Positions 62,801-64,000 of a stretch of DNA of 64,000 bases are shown in pieces. The DNA lies in assembly GCA_965655095.1 (NCBI GenBank), contig OZ296648.1, positions 195,672,001 to 195,736,000 of the forward strand, given 5' to 3'. Position numbers and translations under genes: made by a program. Numbering within the stretch: the stretch's first letter is position 1; every line of letters begins with the position of its first letter. The stretch comes from Haplodiscus bocki (Eukaryota). The notes under the pieces were generated by a model that did no database searches, was not told where the DNA came from, and saw only the letters and a program-made list of their open reading frames with translations.

Positions 62801-64000
62801 CTTATTTTTGTTATTATTATTATTAACCATTTTTTCAAAATTCAAAAAAAAATTAGAGGAAAAACAACTTGTAGCTACTTTTTTGAGTCGAATTTTTACT
62901 ATGGATTTTTTAAATAAAAAATTTATCAGATAAAGTTAGTACTACACCAAAAGAGATATTTGAAAACCGGATGAACTTTGTAGGTTTTTGACTCTTACTT
63001 CAAATTGAAGGAAAAATTTGAAGCTATCATAATCTGTGGAGAAGTTTTACAACTCAGGCAATTGGGTGGTGCGAAATTAAATGCAACTGGGTGAGAAAAC
63101 ACGAGGAAGCGAAAGCCTCTTGAGAGTTTTAACAAATTTCCAGAAAATTGTTTTTTAAAATCTTAGAGATAAAACTGTTCAGGGTTGAATACATAGAAAA
63201 TGAATTAAAAACTTCACTGAAAGACCAATAGGACTGAGAAGGAACTTTGTGGATAGAGAGGAAGATCTCCATGCAATTTAGCCAGATTTTAACAAAAGAG
63301 ATCCTCATAATGACGCACTTGCACCAATGTAAAGTTCCACTGCAAAAATCTAGTGAAGAATGTAGCGTCTTATGAGAAAACTGTAACTAGAAGTTCGTTA
63401 ACAAACAGAGATTATGTACACAAAAAATGATTTTGATTTCTTGTGTGAGTAGCAGGTGAGGATTCAACTAACAGTGCAAATTAGATGATGAATGACTGAG
63501 TTTGTTTAAAGAGGTAAAAACAACGCTGAAACAGGAAAAAGAAGAGAATTTTAGTGAACATAAATTCCAACTAATCAGTTAGCAGATATTCTAGAGAATC
63601 ATTTAAAACACAATTTCAAATACATAGTTCAGAAGCCTTCCTTCTACAGTAAACATCATGAGGATGAGGTTGCCTTATAAGTGTTTGTGAAGTTTTTGAG
63701 GATATGCATCACTAAATAGACATTCCCTATAAGGAAATCAAACTTTCAAGAAAACAAATAAGTGTTCCCGATTCTCAAGATATAGAGGAGATGAGTATGA
63801 TTTTCTCCTCAAATAAGCCTACGAATGGAAAACAGAATGAATTGTGTGAATTGGTCTGCTGAAAAAAGTTGAAGCGATTTTTTTTCAATAAGTGCTTTGA
63901 AAAAAAAGTGAACAAATGACAAATAATCTTCCTGTATCCTTTTCCCCGAAAAAAACTTCTTCATCATGGCCCCTTTTTTATATAATGTTAACATACGGAT
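38809..64000. repeat. Macrosatellite, ~2.19-2.21-kb unit, >=11.4 head-to-tail copies, running off the window
   Basis: Marker GAAGCTATCATAATCTGTGGAG (with minor variants) at 38839, 41039, 43225, 45419, 47613, 49807, 52001, 54196, 56391, 58594, 60808 and 63020 (periods 2186-2214). Short ORFs in the track recur with the same periods. Confidence 0.98.

Noticed and set aside
39701-63994. Recurrent 60-98-aa ORFs inside the satellite
   Set aside because: Mostly antisense F/K/I-rich frames that appear and vanish with homopolymer indels. They recur only because the DNA is repeated.

Overview
AT-rich, gene-poor eukaryotic (invertebrate animal-like) DNA. 1-14.6 kb is a nest of Maverick/Polinton elements. 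One bounded 9.8-kb copy (3516-13303) has long TIRs, a 6-bp TSD and decayed ATPase, integrase, minor and major capsid and adenain protease genes, but no recognisable DNA polymerase. It sits in an older Maverick relic with a fossil protein-primed PolB, which is itself cut by the terminus of a third Maverick. 14.7-19.5 kb is a recently inactivated minus-strand non-LTR retrotransposon (PHD+CCHC ORF1; APE-RT-CCHC ORF2). Host genes follow: an intronless CCDC14-like gene (20885-24517), a candidate 89-aa membrane microprotein (30351-30620) and a two-exon pyridoxal kinase (33353-35832), among MITEs and tRNA-like fragments. From ~38.8 kb to the window end is a ~2.2-kb-unit macrosatellite (>=11.4 copies) whose monomer looks like a fossil protein-coding fragment, tentatively from a VLIG/GVIN1-type GTPase gene. 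All family assignments come from motif recognition by eye; no database searches were run.
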